A stretch of 63,914 nucleotides of DNA, counting the filler, from Pirum gemmata (Eukaryota), in assembly GCA_002812295.1 (NCBI GenBank). It is 16 parts of 16 records of this genome, joined end to end, with 100 filler letters (N's around TTAATTAATTAA, not from the genome) between each part and the next. Parts side by side here need not be neighbours in the genome. Positions count along the whole stretch, not along the records: positions 10,623 to 14,256 come from PDIN01002186.1; positions 14,357 to 18,009 come from PDIN01002187.1; positions 18,110 to 21,763 come from PDIN01002188.1; positions 21,864 to 25,486 come from PDIN01002189.1; positions 25,587 to 29,219 come from PDIN01002190.1; 11 more parts are not named here. One strand, given 5' to 3'. Positions 13,176-25,720 of this stretch are shown one piece after another. Under the pieces are notes generated by a model. The model did no database searches, was not told the origin of the DNA, and worked only from the letters and a program-made list of their open reading frames with translations. Numbering within the stretch: position 1 is the first letter of the stretch; every line of letters begins with the position of its first letter. The translations under genes were made by a program, and so were the position numbers.

Positions 13176-15609
13176 CTTTAAGCAATTGACGTAAGAGTGA
13201 CTCTATCTTCTCTATCTTTCCTTTAGAGGGTTGAATTAATTTTTTAATAAACTCTTATGTATTAAATTAATATTGAATTCTAGTAAACTTTATTTTATGT
13301 GTCTGTAAGCTGTAATATTTTTCACTATTTCTTATTTTTTTTATTTTTTTATATGATATGATATGTAATAATAGACCCCGCCTATAATATTATGATAGTC
13401 TACTATTATAGTTTATCGATATCAGGAAAGTATCAGGAATCATATCGGATACTCATCAGTTATTTGCATAAATTTTTATCTATCGATATGACTTTGATAG
13501 AGTTTTTCAAGATACACTGAAAAATTATTTCATGTGCGTGCGTAGTTTTTTAAAAAAAAGTGCCCATGCGATAGACTTCTAGCTAGCTAGCTAGCTAGCT
13601 AGCTAGCGATAGACTTACTCTTTTTTATATATTAATTTATCATATATAGTCTATAGACTATCATAATGAGAGAGTCGGATACTAGCTAGCAGTAGCTAGC
13701 TAGTAGTAGCTAGCGCTATGACTAGCTAGACTATCGGATAACTATCTCTACGGATAACTCAGACGGATAACTATTAATTAACTATCGTATGACATACCTG
13801 TTGTATCTATGATACTACTACTAGCTAGAGCTATGATAGCTAGCTAGGCCACCAAGTGAGCTACTACTAGACTAGCTAGTAGCTAGCTAGAGAGTAAAGA
13901 CAAAAGGGGTTTCTTTGGGAGAGACCGAGGACCTATCGAGATCCAGATATCGAGTTGAATGTTCGGATCGAAGGGTCCATGCAATCCGACCTAGTGACGT
14001 GACTATCTACCTTCCCTCCTTTGAACTAACTTCGAGAATACGGAAGGGAAGGGGGGTGGGGGGTTACATAGTCTATGAAGTTTTTAGAGAGACTTAACCT
14101 CGAAAGTGTTTAACGAGACTTGCTCGAAAGTGTTTAGCGAGGCTTGCTCGATTGTAGCTCTCAGCGAGACTTATACTCGTACATAATTATTTGGTAATTG
14201 CACTATCCAGCGGTTATCTGACTTTCAGACTTAGACCAATAACATTTTTTTGTGGTNNNNNNNNNNNNNNNNNNNNNNNNNNNNNNNNNNNNNNNNNNNN
14301 TTAATTAATTAANNNNNNNNNNNNNNNNNNNNNNNNNNNNNNNNNNNNNNNNNNNNTTATTATTATTATTATAACAATAACAATAATACCATATGATTTC
14401 TTTCGAAAGTAAAAATTTAATAAAGAAAAGAAATGATTATTATTATTGTTACAGTTGTACAGAGTTTGTATGATTACGTCATCAGTATATTTTACGCAAA
14501 TTGTTTACTAACTATTATTCATAATGACGTAAACTTTATACTAAGCGGTCACACAAATCAGCAACTGTCTTAGTATCCATGTGTGACTTTTTAGTATTTT
14601 CAGTATTCTTTTATTTTTAATTATCTTCATTTTGTTCTCATTTTGTTCTATATTCCATAGGTTGCTTAGGTTTTAATTTTAATTTTTTTTAAAAAAAAAG
14701 GTTTTTGTTTTGAGTATCATAATGGAGAGCTACTATCAGTGTGGCTAGTATCAATTGATAGCTATCTGATAGTTAATAGCTAGCTAGTAGTAGTTATCGA
14801 TAGCTAGAGTATTAGAGTATATAATCAAAGAGAGAAGTTTTTATGTCTACGATATAGGAAATAGAACTTTAATATAAATAAGTACAGATAGCTAATGAAG
14901 TGGCCTAAAAAAAAATCTTATCATAATTATCAATAGGATAGTGATAAAAACGGAAAAGAAAAGAAAAGAAAAAGATAGAAAAAGTAGCACAGACCACTAA
15001 CCGACCACTAGCAGAAAAAGTATGAGACTACATCAGTCTACATCAATGCTACATGATATCACCGATAATATGATATCTATATATAGATAGACTAACCAAG
15101 GTAAAGACCGTATAAATTATAATACGGCGTATACCAGTGGGGTAGTACGTAGGTCAATAATATATTCTCCATATATAGACCTATTCTTGCTTGACATGAG
15201 CGCCTAGGCGACCACTAACTAGCTAGTTTTCTATTGCTGTTTGAAAACCAATTTTGGACCGTGTAATATAAAACGAGTCATAAAACCAATAGACTAAAAG
15301 ATATAGGTAGAAAATATCATAGACAGACTAGCTAGCTACGATAGACTACCTACTAGCTATCTAGCTAGACTAGTTGACACAATTTGACTGATTACAGCCT
15401 GCCTCCCAGTACCGTGGCAGACCAGCGGTATTTATGAACAAAACCAAAAAAAACAATAGACCCTCTAATATTATATTATTAATTTTTATGATAACTACAT
15501 AGTAATTGTATGATATCATACATTTTATAAATATGATATAATTGATATCTTGAAAAAATATTTATTATAAAATATTATGATGATTACTACCCCAAAGCAT
15601 TATTATATT

Positions 15610-15790
15610 GTGTTTTTCAGTTGTTTTGCCACCATAAACTATGCAATACAGAGTACCAAATTAACATAATATAAATCCATTTAATTCAATTTGGTATATT
15701 TTATTATCTATTTATCCATTTAAAAATGTCAGCTTAAATATTATAACCAACCAAATAAATATTCGGAGTGAAAAAATAAATGAAAAGCAC
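15610..15790 (+). mobile_element. MITE family B copy (GTGCTTTTCA/TGAAAAGCAC ends, ~180 bp)
   Basis: Shares internal GTACCAAATTAA..AAATCCATTT..TTTGGTATATTTTATTATCTA..ATTATAACC..GAGTGA with five other copies. Confidence 0.8.
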
Positions 15791-16054
15791 AGCATAATTA
15801 ATATAAAAAGTCTTTTTTATTACAATCTACGTGTCATTTAGAATAACCACATTCACATTTTAATTATAATATTAAAGCCTGTTTTTATTGTTAAAACCTG
15901 TTTTCATATTGTACATGTTATTGGTATTAATAATATTTTTAATTATAATTATAAAATATTGTGTGCATTAAAATATTAAATTTTATTGAAGTTATTGTTT
16001 CGATCGTTAACGTTATGGTCAATTATTACTAGTACATCAATATGGATTGTTTTT

Positions 16055-16249
16055 GTGCTTTTCATTTATTTTGTCATTCTGAATATTTATTTTGTTGGTT
16101 ATAATATTTAAAAGTTGACATTTTTAAAAATGAATAAATAGATAATATAATATACCAAATTAAATAAAATGGATTTATATTGTATTAATTTGGTACTCTT
16201 TATTGTATATTTTATATATGATGATAAATTAAAAACAACTGAAAAGCAC
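16055..16249 (-). mobile_element. MITE family B copy, inverted relative to 15610
   Basis: Reverse-complement homology to 15610-15790, with both terminal repeats present. Confidence 0.8.
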
Positions 16250-17499
16250 GATATATTATTAATAATATATATATTTATTACATTGTTATTAAAATTTGTT
16301 ATTGATTATGATATAATTATTATTAGAACATTATTAGTATTGTGATAAATATTGTTATTAATATTTGTAATGCATATTATATGGTTATGGGTTAACGTTA
16401 TTATTAATATTGTTGTTAATTATTATTGTTGACGTTATATTGTTGTATTGTTATGTTAATATTGTTATTTAAATTTGATATCAATATAGTTATTGTTTTA
16501 ATTAATTATTAATATATTATAATATACAATTAGTGTTTTAAAGATATATAGTAGGTATCACATGACATTGTAAAACATTCTTTATTATCAATAACTAGTT
16601 AAAGATGTATGGTAGGTATCACATGATATTGTAAAACATTAATTCTATGTTAATTAATTATAATTACTTTCAATAAAAATATCATTTTTTTAATATTAAT
16701 TTTATAATATTAATTTCTACTTAATTAATGATACTATATATCTTGGGTACGTTGTTGAATAAGAAAACAATTATTATCATGATAACAAAGCTTTTAATAA
16801 GCTAATATAGTATCTTTATTTAGCACATCAACAAAGTGTCTACTGTTTACTTCACTTCAGTATGTAGCAATATATACATTCTTGAATTTCGAATTTCTTT
16901 TCTACTTATTATTATATCATATTACTTATTATTTTAATGATAGTCTACAAGACTTATTAGTGTTATATATATTATCATATTATATATTATGCATGCATTT
17001 GTGCTTTTGTTGTAATTACTATAAAAAGTATGCACTATCTGATTAAAAAAAAAAGTGCTATTCTAAACTTATTCTAATTATCATAGTTTATCAGTAGTTT
17101 ATCCTAGATAGTTTATTTCGGATATTTTTAAATATGATCAAGGACTTAAATAAATATCAATAAATTTATAATAGACTGAGGTCTATGCATAGTTATGCAC
17201 AATTACTGCACAATTGAGGGTAGTAGTCTAGAGGTGCAGTGGTGGTGTGCCTGTGGGGGGTGGGGGGGTACTGGTAGTAGAGTCTTGGTAGTAGTCTGCT
17301 TGGCCTGGTTTCTCTTTAGTAGACTAGCTATAGCTACTAGTAGTAGCTATCGATAGTAGCTTAGTATCATAGGACTTTAGTAGGGCATCAATAGGCCCAA
17401 ACAATAGACTACGAAGCCTATTCATACACAAGCTTATCATAGCTTAGTCTATTTAATTAAAAATCAACTTATAGTCTAGGTTATATCATATCGTATCAA

Positions 17500-17606
17500 G
17501 GGAGCGTTCAAGTACTACGTAACGCCAATTTCTGGCCAAATACAGCTTCAAATACCCCAAATACCACCTACCTACCCCTTGACGTGACGTATTATTTGGA
17601 CTTTCC
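17500..17606. mobile_element. Zator-related MITE (~107 bp)
   Basis: Left end GGGAGCGTTCAAGTACTACGTAACGCCAATTT resembles the terminus at 26502. The right end CGTGACGTATTATTTGGACTTTCC is its imperfect inverse. Confidence 0.65.
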
Positions 17607-19275
17607 AAGATTTTATCCATATGTCCTGTGTTGTGTACTCAGGTGTCTCAGGTGTACTCGTTGTGTAATCACATTATTCACATAATCAGAAAAACTGTGT
17701 AGCTATCATCCCATTAATACTATAAAAAGGATGCACTAGCTAGCTAGCACGTGAAAAGGGGCTTATCAAGTTGAAAGAGCGTTAGGGGTTTGCTTATTTT
17801 TTACACCAACAAATTTTTTTTTTTAAAAAAAATATTATAATTAAAAAAAAAAAAAAAAAAAAAACGGCGGTCTAGCACTGGTCTAGCGGCAGCTGTGACG
17901 TATCCAATTGTACAGTATAAAAAATTATAAATTACTAAAAAAGTCTTAAAATTAAAAAAATTACCCTTTTTTAGTCTTTTTTTTTAAATTTTGAATGTAA
18001 AAGCATTTTNNNNNNNNNNNNNNNNNNNNNNNNNNNNNNNNNNNNNNNNNNNNTTAATTAATTAANNNNNNNNNNNNNNNNNNNNNNNNNNNNNNNNNNN
18101 NNNNNNNNNTATTATTTTACGTACAGTAGTTGCTAGAGGTGGGATAATATGGGTCTCAATATCATATTAATTATAGGGCTGAGTTCGAAATTCAATTTAT
18201 TGAAACATTGTTGTTAGCAGTTATAATTAGTAACCCAATATTTAAATTTATAAAAAACAAGCTACAGTCAAACAAGTTATAATTGCAGTCAAACAAACAA
18301 ACAAAATAAAACAAATAAAACAAACAAAGAAAACAAACCTTTTAATTAAATAAACAAACTTTAAACAAACAAACAAACAAACAAACAAACAAACAAACAA
18401 ACAAACAAACAAACAAACAAACAAACAAACAAAATTGAATATCACAACAAACAAACAAAAATCAAACAACCAACCATAAACAACAACTAGCAACAACAAC
18501 CAAAAACCGAAAATGGAAACCTTACAAACAAATGTTACCAAACATAATTTTGTGTTTAGCTACGGTACCAAATTAAAGACAAAGAGGACAACTGTAATGA
18601 AATAGACGATAATTATGATAAATTTGCCTACATGATATCTGTGTTCCTTACGGACACCAAAGTTGTTCCTTGATTAGCTTTTGCATACTTGACCGTTTTC
18701 AAAACTTATTGATTCAAAGTGAAGCTCTTGTGAAGATAATTACTGTAATTGTTTTTTTTTAAACACCACCGCCAGATAAAACTACTGCAAATTATTATTT
18801 TAAAATCTGGCCATTGGTTCATTTGCATGTGCACCAACTCTTAGATTGTAATTCGAAACAAATAAAATATTATGTTTTTATAAAATGTCGTGGTCGACCT
18901 AAGAATAATAATAGCAACAATAATACGTATTATTTTTTGGTAATTTTTCCTTCATTTTTCACTTATTTTTTATGGCCCTTTTTTATGAGTTATTCAAGGA
19001 TTTCAAAAAATTAACAGTAAATTAACAGCTAAATTAACTCTAGTTTTGAAAATTTGATATCTAGCTAGCTAGAACAACTCTAGCTAGAACAGCTGATCTA
19101 GAAATCAAGGCATAAAATATTTTGAAAAATTTTTTTTTTTTTTTTTTTTTTTNNNNNNNNNNNNNNNNNNNNNNNNNNNNNNNNNNNNNNNNNNNNNNNN
19201 NNNNNNNNNNNNNNNNNNNNNNNNNNNNNNNNNNNNNNNNNNNNNNNNNNNNNNNNNNNNNNNNNNNNNNNNNNN

Positions 19276-19382
19276 ATTTTTAAATCAATAAATAGATAAT
19301 AAAATATACCAAATTAAATTAAATGGATTTATATTGTATTAATTTGGAACTGTTTTATGATGACAAAACAACTGAAAAGCAC
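19276..19382 (-). mobile_element. MITE family B partial copy
   Basis: AATAGATAATAAAATATACCAAATT..AAATGGATTTATATTG..CAACTGAAAAGCAC, truncated by an N gap. Confidence 0.75.
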
Positions 19383-21065
19383 TATACCTATTTACTAAAG
19401 TAATCATACTGGTATGAATATATCTGAGAAGACCAATATCCTATGAATATTCTATATATAGACTTTTTTTTTTTTAATACTCATTATTGGTTCTAGATAC
19501 TTTCTAGATTATTGTTTGCAAACTATGATCAGAAAATATCAGAAACTATGATAATATGCTATAATATAGCTTATAATATACTTATAATATCATAGTATAT
19601 CATATTAGGTCCCAGTGTTTTACACCAAGCCGATTCGTTTTACTAGATTCGTTTTATGTGAAGTGACTTGAAGTGTTTACAATATGATACGATTAGTCGA
19701 TTACGTAGGTATAATGAATAGTAAAGTAATACTAATTGTAATTGTAATAATAAAAATAATAGTAAGAAGGATAATGATGGTAATGAAGCAAGAGAAAGAG
19801 TAATAGTAATAGCAATAGTAATAGTATTAGTATTAACAATAATAAATATCCAATTACCGGCATCACCAATCAGCAATCAAAATAAATACCAGTGACTTAG
19901 TAAGTAGCTAACAGACTCGAACGTAATAGGTAGACCCTGGTACGACAAGTATAGTAATAATAAATTATAATATAATAATAGTAATAGTAATAGTAATAGT
20001 AATAATAATAGGAGTAAGAGTAAGAGAAAGAATAATAGCAGTAATAGTAATAGTAATAATATATTAGTATTAGTAATAGTAATAGTAATAGTACTAGTAA
20101 TGGTAATGGTAATTATAACAGTAAATTAATAGTAATTAGTAATAGTATTAGTATTAGTGATAGTAATAGTAATAATAATAGTAAGTATAACAGTAATTGT
20201 AATTATACTATAGTAATAAGAAATTATAATAATAATATTAATAGTAAGAATAATAATAATAAAATTAATAATAGTAATAGTATGAATAAGAGTAATAGTA
20301 ATAGTTAGAATAATAGAAAGGAATTAATAGTAATAGTACTATAAGTAATATATTATATTTTAATGTAGTTATAATAATAATAATAGTGTAGAATAGTAAT
20401 ATAAGTAATATATATAATATTAATATTAATATAGTTATAACAGTAACAATAGTGTAGAATATTTATTATATAAATAAAATTAATGAGTTGAATATCATAA
20501 ATGAGAGTTGGAATAATCGGGAATAGCTTCTCCGAATTCTGCCGGGGCAGAATTTGGCCTTTTTTGAGAAATGTTTTTTTTTTTTTTGGAATTTTTTTTT
20601 TTTTTTCTTTTTTTTAGCCTCTCTGATTCGGGAACATCCATAAAATTATTCTCGAACTCATAACGAATAGTGAAACGAGTATCGCGAAGAATTGCAGATT
20701 TTCGAACCAAACAAAGCCTGCAGTCACTGTGCAGACCGGTCCTGCACTGGCCAAGTGCTACAGGCTGTCCACTGTCATGGGCGCATGGCACCAGCCGCAC
20801 CACTGTGTCCAGTGTCCACTGTCATGGGACTCGTCACTCATGGACTGTCCAGTGTCCACGAACTTCCACTTTTTTTTGCTTTTCTTCTATTTTATGATTT
20901 TAACGCTGATTGGTTGTATCTTATATTAGTTGTTTTTTTTTTTTTGTATTTTCCATCTTTGGGGGGTTGGTAATCAGTTTTTTCCAGTTTTTCCAGCGAG
21001 TATAATCTGAGTATTACTAATGTATAAGTCTGTATTACTATAAAAAACTATGCATAGATTTTTCT

Positions 21066-21132
<67 letters not shown>

Positions 21133-22159
21133 TTATTAAAAAAAAAAAAAGATTTTTTAAAAAAATTTTGGTCTCCATTTTCACTCCATTTTCTCATTTT
21201 TCCAGATTTTAAAAAAATTAAACCAATTAAATTTTAAAAAGCTAATCTAGAGCTTAAAACAAGCAAACTTTGTTATTGAATTTTCTTCAAAACATCATTA
21301 TTACCCCTTCTACAGACTATAATAAACATTTATATTTCCAGGATGTAAAAGTAGATCTACTACACTAGCTAGTAGTAGCTCTGGAGATAGCTAGCTAGAC
21401 TACCGGTATCTAGCTATCATAGGCTAGCTAGTAGTAGCAGTCTAGCTAGTAGTCCTGAGCTAGTAGTAGACTAGACGGGGGGGGTCTAGTAGCCTATTTT
21501 TGTACTAAAAAAAAGATATTGGCAAAAAAAAATTTTACTCCAAATTAGGATTTGTTTTTTTTGCTCGATGTAGTTTTTTCATTTTCGAACACAAATCAAC
21601 ATAAATTTTACATCATCATAAAAAAAAAAAGCACCCGTCTTTCATAGTCTACAAAAAAAATTGGGATTTGACTAATGAAAATTGATAATTAAACATCTAA
21701 CATCTATTTTTCTGACAGGGACGCCTGATTTCATCCAAATTTCGAAACTTTCAATTTTTTTTTNNNNNNNNNNNNNNNNNNNNNNNNNNNNNNNNNNNNN
21801 NNNNNNNTTAATTAATTAANNNNNNNNNNNNNNNNNNNNNNNNNNNNNNNNNNNNNNNNNNNNACAAAATAAAATATAATAATAATTTTTTTAGTATTTA
21901 TAGTATTTTAATAATAATAATAATAATAAATAATAATAAATAATATTAAATAATAATAAATAATAATAATAATATTAAATAATAGTAATAAATAATAATA
22001 ATAATAATAATAAAATTATAACAACAACAATAATAATAATAACAACAGCAACAACAACAACAATAATAACATAATAGCAATAATAGTTGATAAAAACCCA
22101 TACAATGTCATACTGATGTGATAATAGAATATTTTTGTTTATTAATTAATTAATAAAAA

Positions 22160-23293
22160 TTAAACGTTTGCCATACGATTCACACCCCCATGTGCATTCT
22201 CCTCGAATAATGGATTGTTTCCATTACCATTAAAATCAGCTAAGTCATCAGGATCAACCTTGGTTTGGGGAGGACCAGGTTTTGCAAAATACACAGCTGC
22301 AGCAACTGCAGCTGCCACAACTACAACACCAGCAGCGACTCCACCACCGATCGCAGCCGCCTTGTTACTTCCACCATCGTCTCCACCAGTAACAACAGGA
22401 GCAGGATCAGTGAAATTTGTAACAGAAGAAGTTGTAGTAGCGGGAACAGGTGTAGAGGTGATAGAAGGTGGGGGTGGAATTGCGCCACATTCTAAAGTGT
22501 TATTACGTACAATTTCGCTTAAAGTATCAATTTTTGTCACCAAGTGATTAAAATCACTAACGTACATAGTGTTGTTAGCATTTCCACCAGCAGTGTACAC
22601 TAATTGCGCCTGGGCTGACCCACCAATACCTACTGCTACAATAATGTAATCTTTATTTTCATTTCTCAAAGTTTCCAAAGCCGTGGAAACAGGAATAGCG
22701 TTTTTGGACTGGGAGCCATCAGTAATAATAACAATGATTTTAGGAACCCCAACACGTTGGTCAGCTCTGGTGTCGTAGATTTTTTCATCCACGCCCAAAT
22801 ATGCATTTCCTATGAAAGTTTGCTGAAAAAAACCTGCTGTTTGAGTGTAAGGGTATGCATTGGTATTAAACTCTTCATCTGGTTGCCTGATATATTCAGG
22901 TTCAGGGTAACCTTCCATTGTGAGGTTATGCGTGTACTTAATTGTATCAAGCCTTTCTAAAACAGGTCCGAGTTGTCCGGACTCCTCGTCGAAAAACGAT
23001 ACCGGGTGAAAAGTGGTATGGAACTTGGAGAAACTAAACCTTATACCGTCTTTAGAGTTAATTTCTGTGGAAAAAGAGTTAATGACTTCTTTTGTAAATT
23101 TTTTCATCAATCCGTAATTATCTTCTCCGTGGGTGAGTTTGAAAAAATGGCCGTGCGTGTAACCGATACTAGTACTTTCGTCAAACAAAAAATGAATGTC
23201 GGCTACATTAAAATTATCCTGACATTTATCGTCGTTTGTGGCCGTGGCCACGGCAAAAAGGGCCGAAATGGCCATGATGCTTAAATAATACAT
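22160..23293 (-). CDS. Type I membrane adhesin: signal peptide, vWA (MIDAS) domain, P/T-rich stalk, TM helix, NPxF tail
   Basis: ATG at 23293 gives the signal MYYLSIMAISALFAVATA. Then DIHFLFDESTSIG (DxSxS), IIVIITDG, IVAVGIG, the stalk PPPPSITSTPVPATTTS, the TM AAAIGGGVAAGVVVVAAAVAAAVYF and the tail NNPLFE. Confidence 0.9.
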   Translation of the reverse strand: MYYLSIMAISALFAVATATNDDKCQDNFNVADIHFLFDESTSIGYTHGHFFKLTHGEDNYGLMKKFTKEVINSFSTEINSKDGIRFSFSKFHTTFHPVSFFDEESGQLGPVLERLDTIKYTHNLTMEGYPEPEYIRQPDEEFNTNAYPYTQTAGFFQQTFIGNAYLGVDEKIYDTRADQRVGVPKIIVIITDGSQSKNAIPVSTALETLRNENKDYIIVAVGIGGSAQAQLVYTAGGNANNTMYVSDFNHLVTKIDTLSEIVRNNTLECGAIPPPPSITSTPVPATTTSSVTNFTDPAPVVTGGDDGGSNKAAAIGGGVAAGVVVVAAAVAAAVYFAKPGPPQTKVDPDDLADFNGNGNNPLFEENAHGGVNRMANV

Positions 23294-23534
23294 CGTGATT
23301 GATTTATTATTCTTGTTGTTAAAAAGTTGTATTGGGGGATTTAATTGTTTTGTTTTTTGGTTTTTTTGGTTTAGGTTTTTTAGTTTTAGGAAAACCAATT
23401 TTTTTTTATTTTTTTTTTTTTTTTTTTTTTTTTCAAGAAAAAATAATTATAAAAAAAAAAAAATGTAGAGAGGAAAGATCTCAGGTATCTCACCAAATGA
23501 TATAACTTATAATATTATGATATGGTTTTATAAA

Positions 23535-23650
23535 TATCGTGTTTTTCAACAACGGTGTTCTACATGTCCATTTCAAAAACTGAAATGAACGTACCAAATT
23601 ATTATTATGACTAAACTATCAGGCATGTTTTAATTAATTTGGTAGTTTAT
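23535..23650 (+). repeat. Dispersed repeat, homologous to 44866-44972 (opposite strand)
   Basis: TTCAAAAACT..TACCAAATTATTATTAT..AAACTATCAGGCA..ATTAATTTGGTA matches the reverse complement of 44866-44972. Confidence 0.65.
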
Positions 23651-23788
23651 ATTTAATTTTGTATTTTATAAATAAGTTCAATTATACACTTAAACAGTAC
23701 CAAAATTTTCGAGCATAAATAATTTGATACAGTTGTTATGACATACTTTTTCAAAATTACATTTTGTCAGCATTCCCATATATAGACA

Positions 23789-23978
23789 GTACTTTTCAGC
23801 TCATAAATTTGTAAACAATAAAAATACCAATAAAAATCCATTTCATTTAATTTGGTATTTTTTATTTTCTATTTATTCATTTTTTTTTAAAAAAAATGTA
23901 TAAATTTTAAAGATTATGTAACTGTTTAACTTTATAACCCACCAAACAAATATTCTGAGTGAAAAAAATGAAAAACAC
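23789..23978 (+). mobile_element. MITE family B copy (diverged)
   Basis: GTACTTTTCAG..AAATCCATTT..TTTGGTATTTT..TATAACC..TATTCTGAGTGA..TGAAAAACAC. Confidence 0.7.
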
Positions 23979-24807
23979 AATATTCCTGACCAATAAAAAG
24001 ATAACATTGATTTCTATATTAGTCTTTTTTTTTTTTTAGGGTATAAAGTGTATCCAGAAGTGCGAAATTTTACTATATAATCGGGTTTGATTTTTTTTAT
24101 AAGAAAACATTAGAAAAAAACCGAAAAATTTTAATTAACTTCCGAAAGATTTTAATTAACTTGCGCATCTCTTGATTCTCTTCACCAAATTTGCATGAGG
24201 CTTTCTCTACCCCCCAATCAAAAGGCGGTTTATAAATTTTACTAATCATTGAAATTTGTGAAATGCTTTTGGCGAAATTCCAAGCGGTTTCGGTGCATTT
24301 GAAAGGTCATTTCTGTACAGTGGCAATTAATAAAATGTGGAGATTTTAAAAAAATGATCTAATTAGGTGCAAAAAAACTTTTTTTTGGATAATTTTAGAT
24401 TTTATTTTCTCCGAAAATATCATTTTTTAATTGTTTTCCCAATCTGCTTTCGAGTTTTTTATATAGGAGTTATATAGGTTTGATTTGCTTTTTTTTATAC
24501 TGAGCAAAAAAGGAATTATTTGAGCCAATAACAAGTTGTTTTTAAGCTCGAAAGTTCGGATCTACCTAACTTTTCCATTCCGAAAATAAGAAATGGTATT
24601 CGAGTTCTAATCAAAAAGGCTAAAAAATTGATCGATGTAGTGATCGATTTTGTTTCTTGAATTTCAAATCATGTTGTTTATTTCTATAATTTTTTAAAAA
24701 AAAAATAAAAAATGGTATTCGAGCTCTTTAAAGTTTACTTTTGGTTGGTTCCCAAAAAAACATCCCGGTACTGGTCGGTCTACTCGAAAATATCAAAAAA
24801 AATAGAG

Positions 24808-24870
<63 letters not shown>

Positions 24871-25407
24871 CGAGAGAAAAATTTCTGAATAAAATTATTG
24901 AAAAAATCTACAGAAAAAATCTATAAAACAAAAAAACCCTTTACATATTTAGGAAGTATAAAAGCCAATTATCATTCGACAACGACAAAGGAATCCAAAT
25001 ATAGTGTAATACTTACACTTAGACAGTTAGACTACCGGCTACTGGTGCTAATCTCATCATCATCATCGTCCTCCTCTTCTTTTTCATTATCATCATCATC
25101 ACCATCATCACCATCATCATCACCATCATCACTACCATCATCATCATCATCATCACCATCACCATCATCATCACCATCATCACCAACAACAACAAACAAC
25201 ACCCTAACTATAACATATAATAATAATAATAATAATAATAATATAATAATTCATAATAGACTAGGTATTAATAGTCCTTTTATTACTTTTATTAATTAAT
25301 AATAGAATATACGCACTTTTTGTTGTATAGAGAACCATAATTATTAGCAAAAATGCATTATAATGAAAAAGCAAAAAAGCTATATATAAATAAATAAATA
25401 AATAAAT

Positions 25408-25486
25408 GGTTAGGGTTAGGGTTAGGGTTAGGGTTAGGGTTAGGGTACGGGATTGTAAGGGTTAGGGTTAGGGTTAGGGTTAGGGT
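25408..25486 (+). repeat. (TTAGGG)n telomere-type repeat at contig end
   Basis: Direct TTAGGG array with one interruption. Confidence 0.9.
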
Positions 25487-25720
25487 NNNNNNNNNNNNNN
25501 NNNNNNNNNNNNNNNNNNNNNNNNNNNNNNTTAATTAATTAANNNNNNNNNNNNNNNNNNNNNNNNNNNNNNNNNNNNNNNNNNNNTAATAATAATAATA
25601 ATATTTTCCAGTATCAATAAAAATTAAAAAAATCTAGTATTAATACTTTATGCTGAATAAACTAAATTATTAATTTATTTTATATTTAAATTTAACTACT
25701 TATTATTTTAACTTTAAAAT

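Noticed and set aside
20700..20870. Hammerhead ribozyme on the minus strand
   Set aside because: Only GUGACGAG is present. The CUGANGA/GAAA core with proper stems was not found.
24039..24790. Possible transposon-derived segment
   Set aside because: It has TE-like texture, but no TIR pair, TSD, ORF or second copy could be shown.
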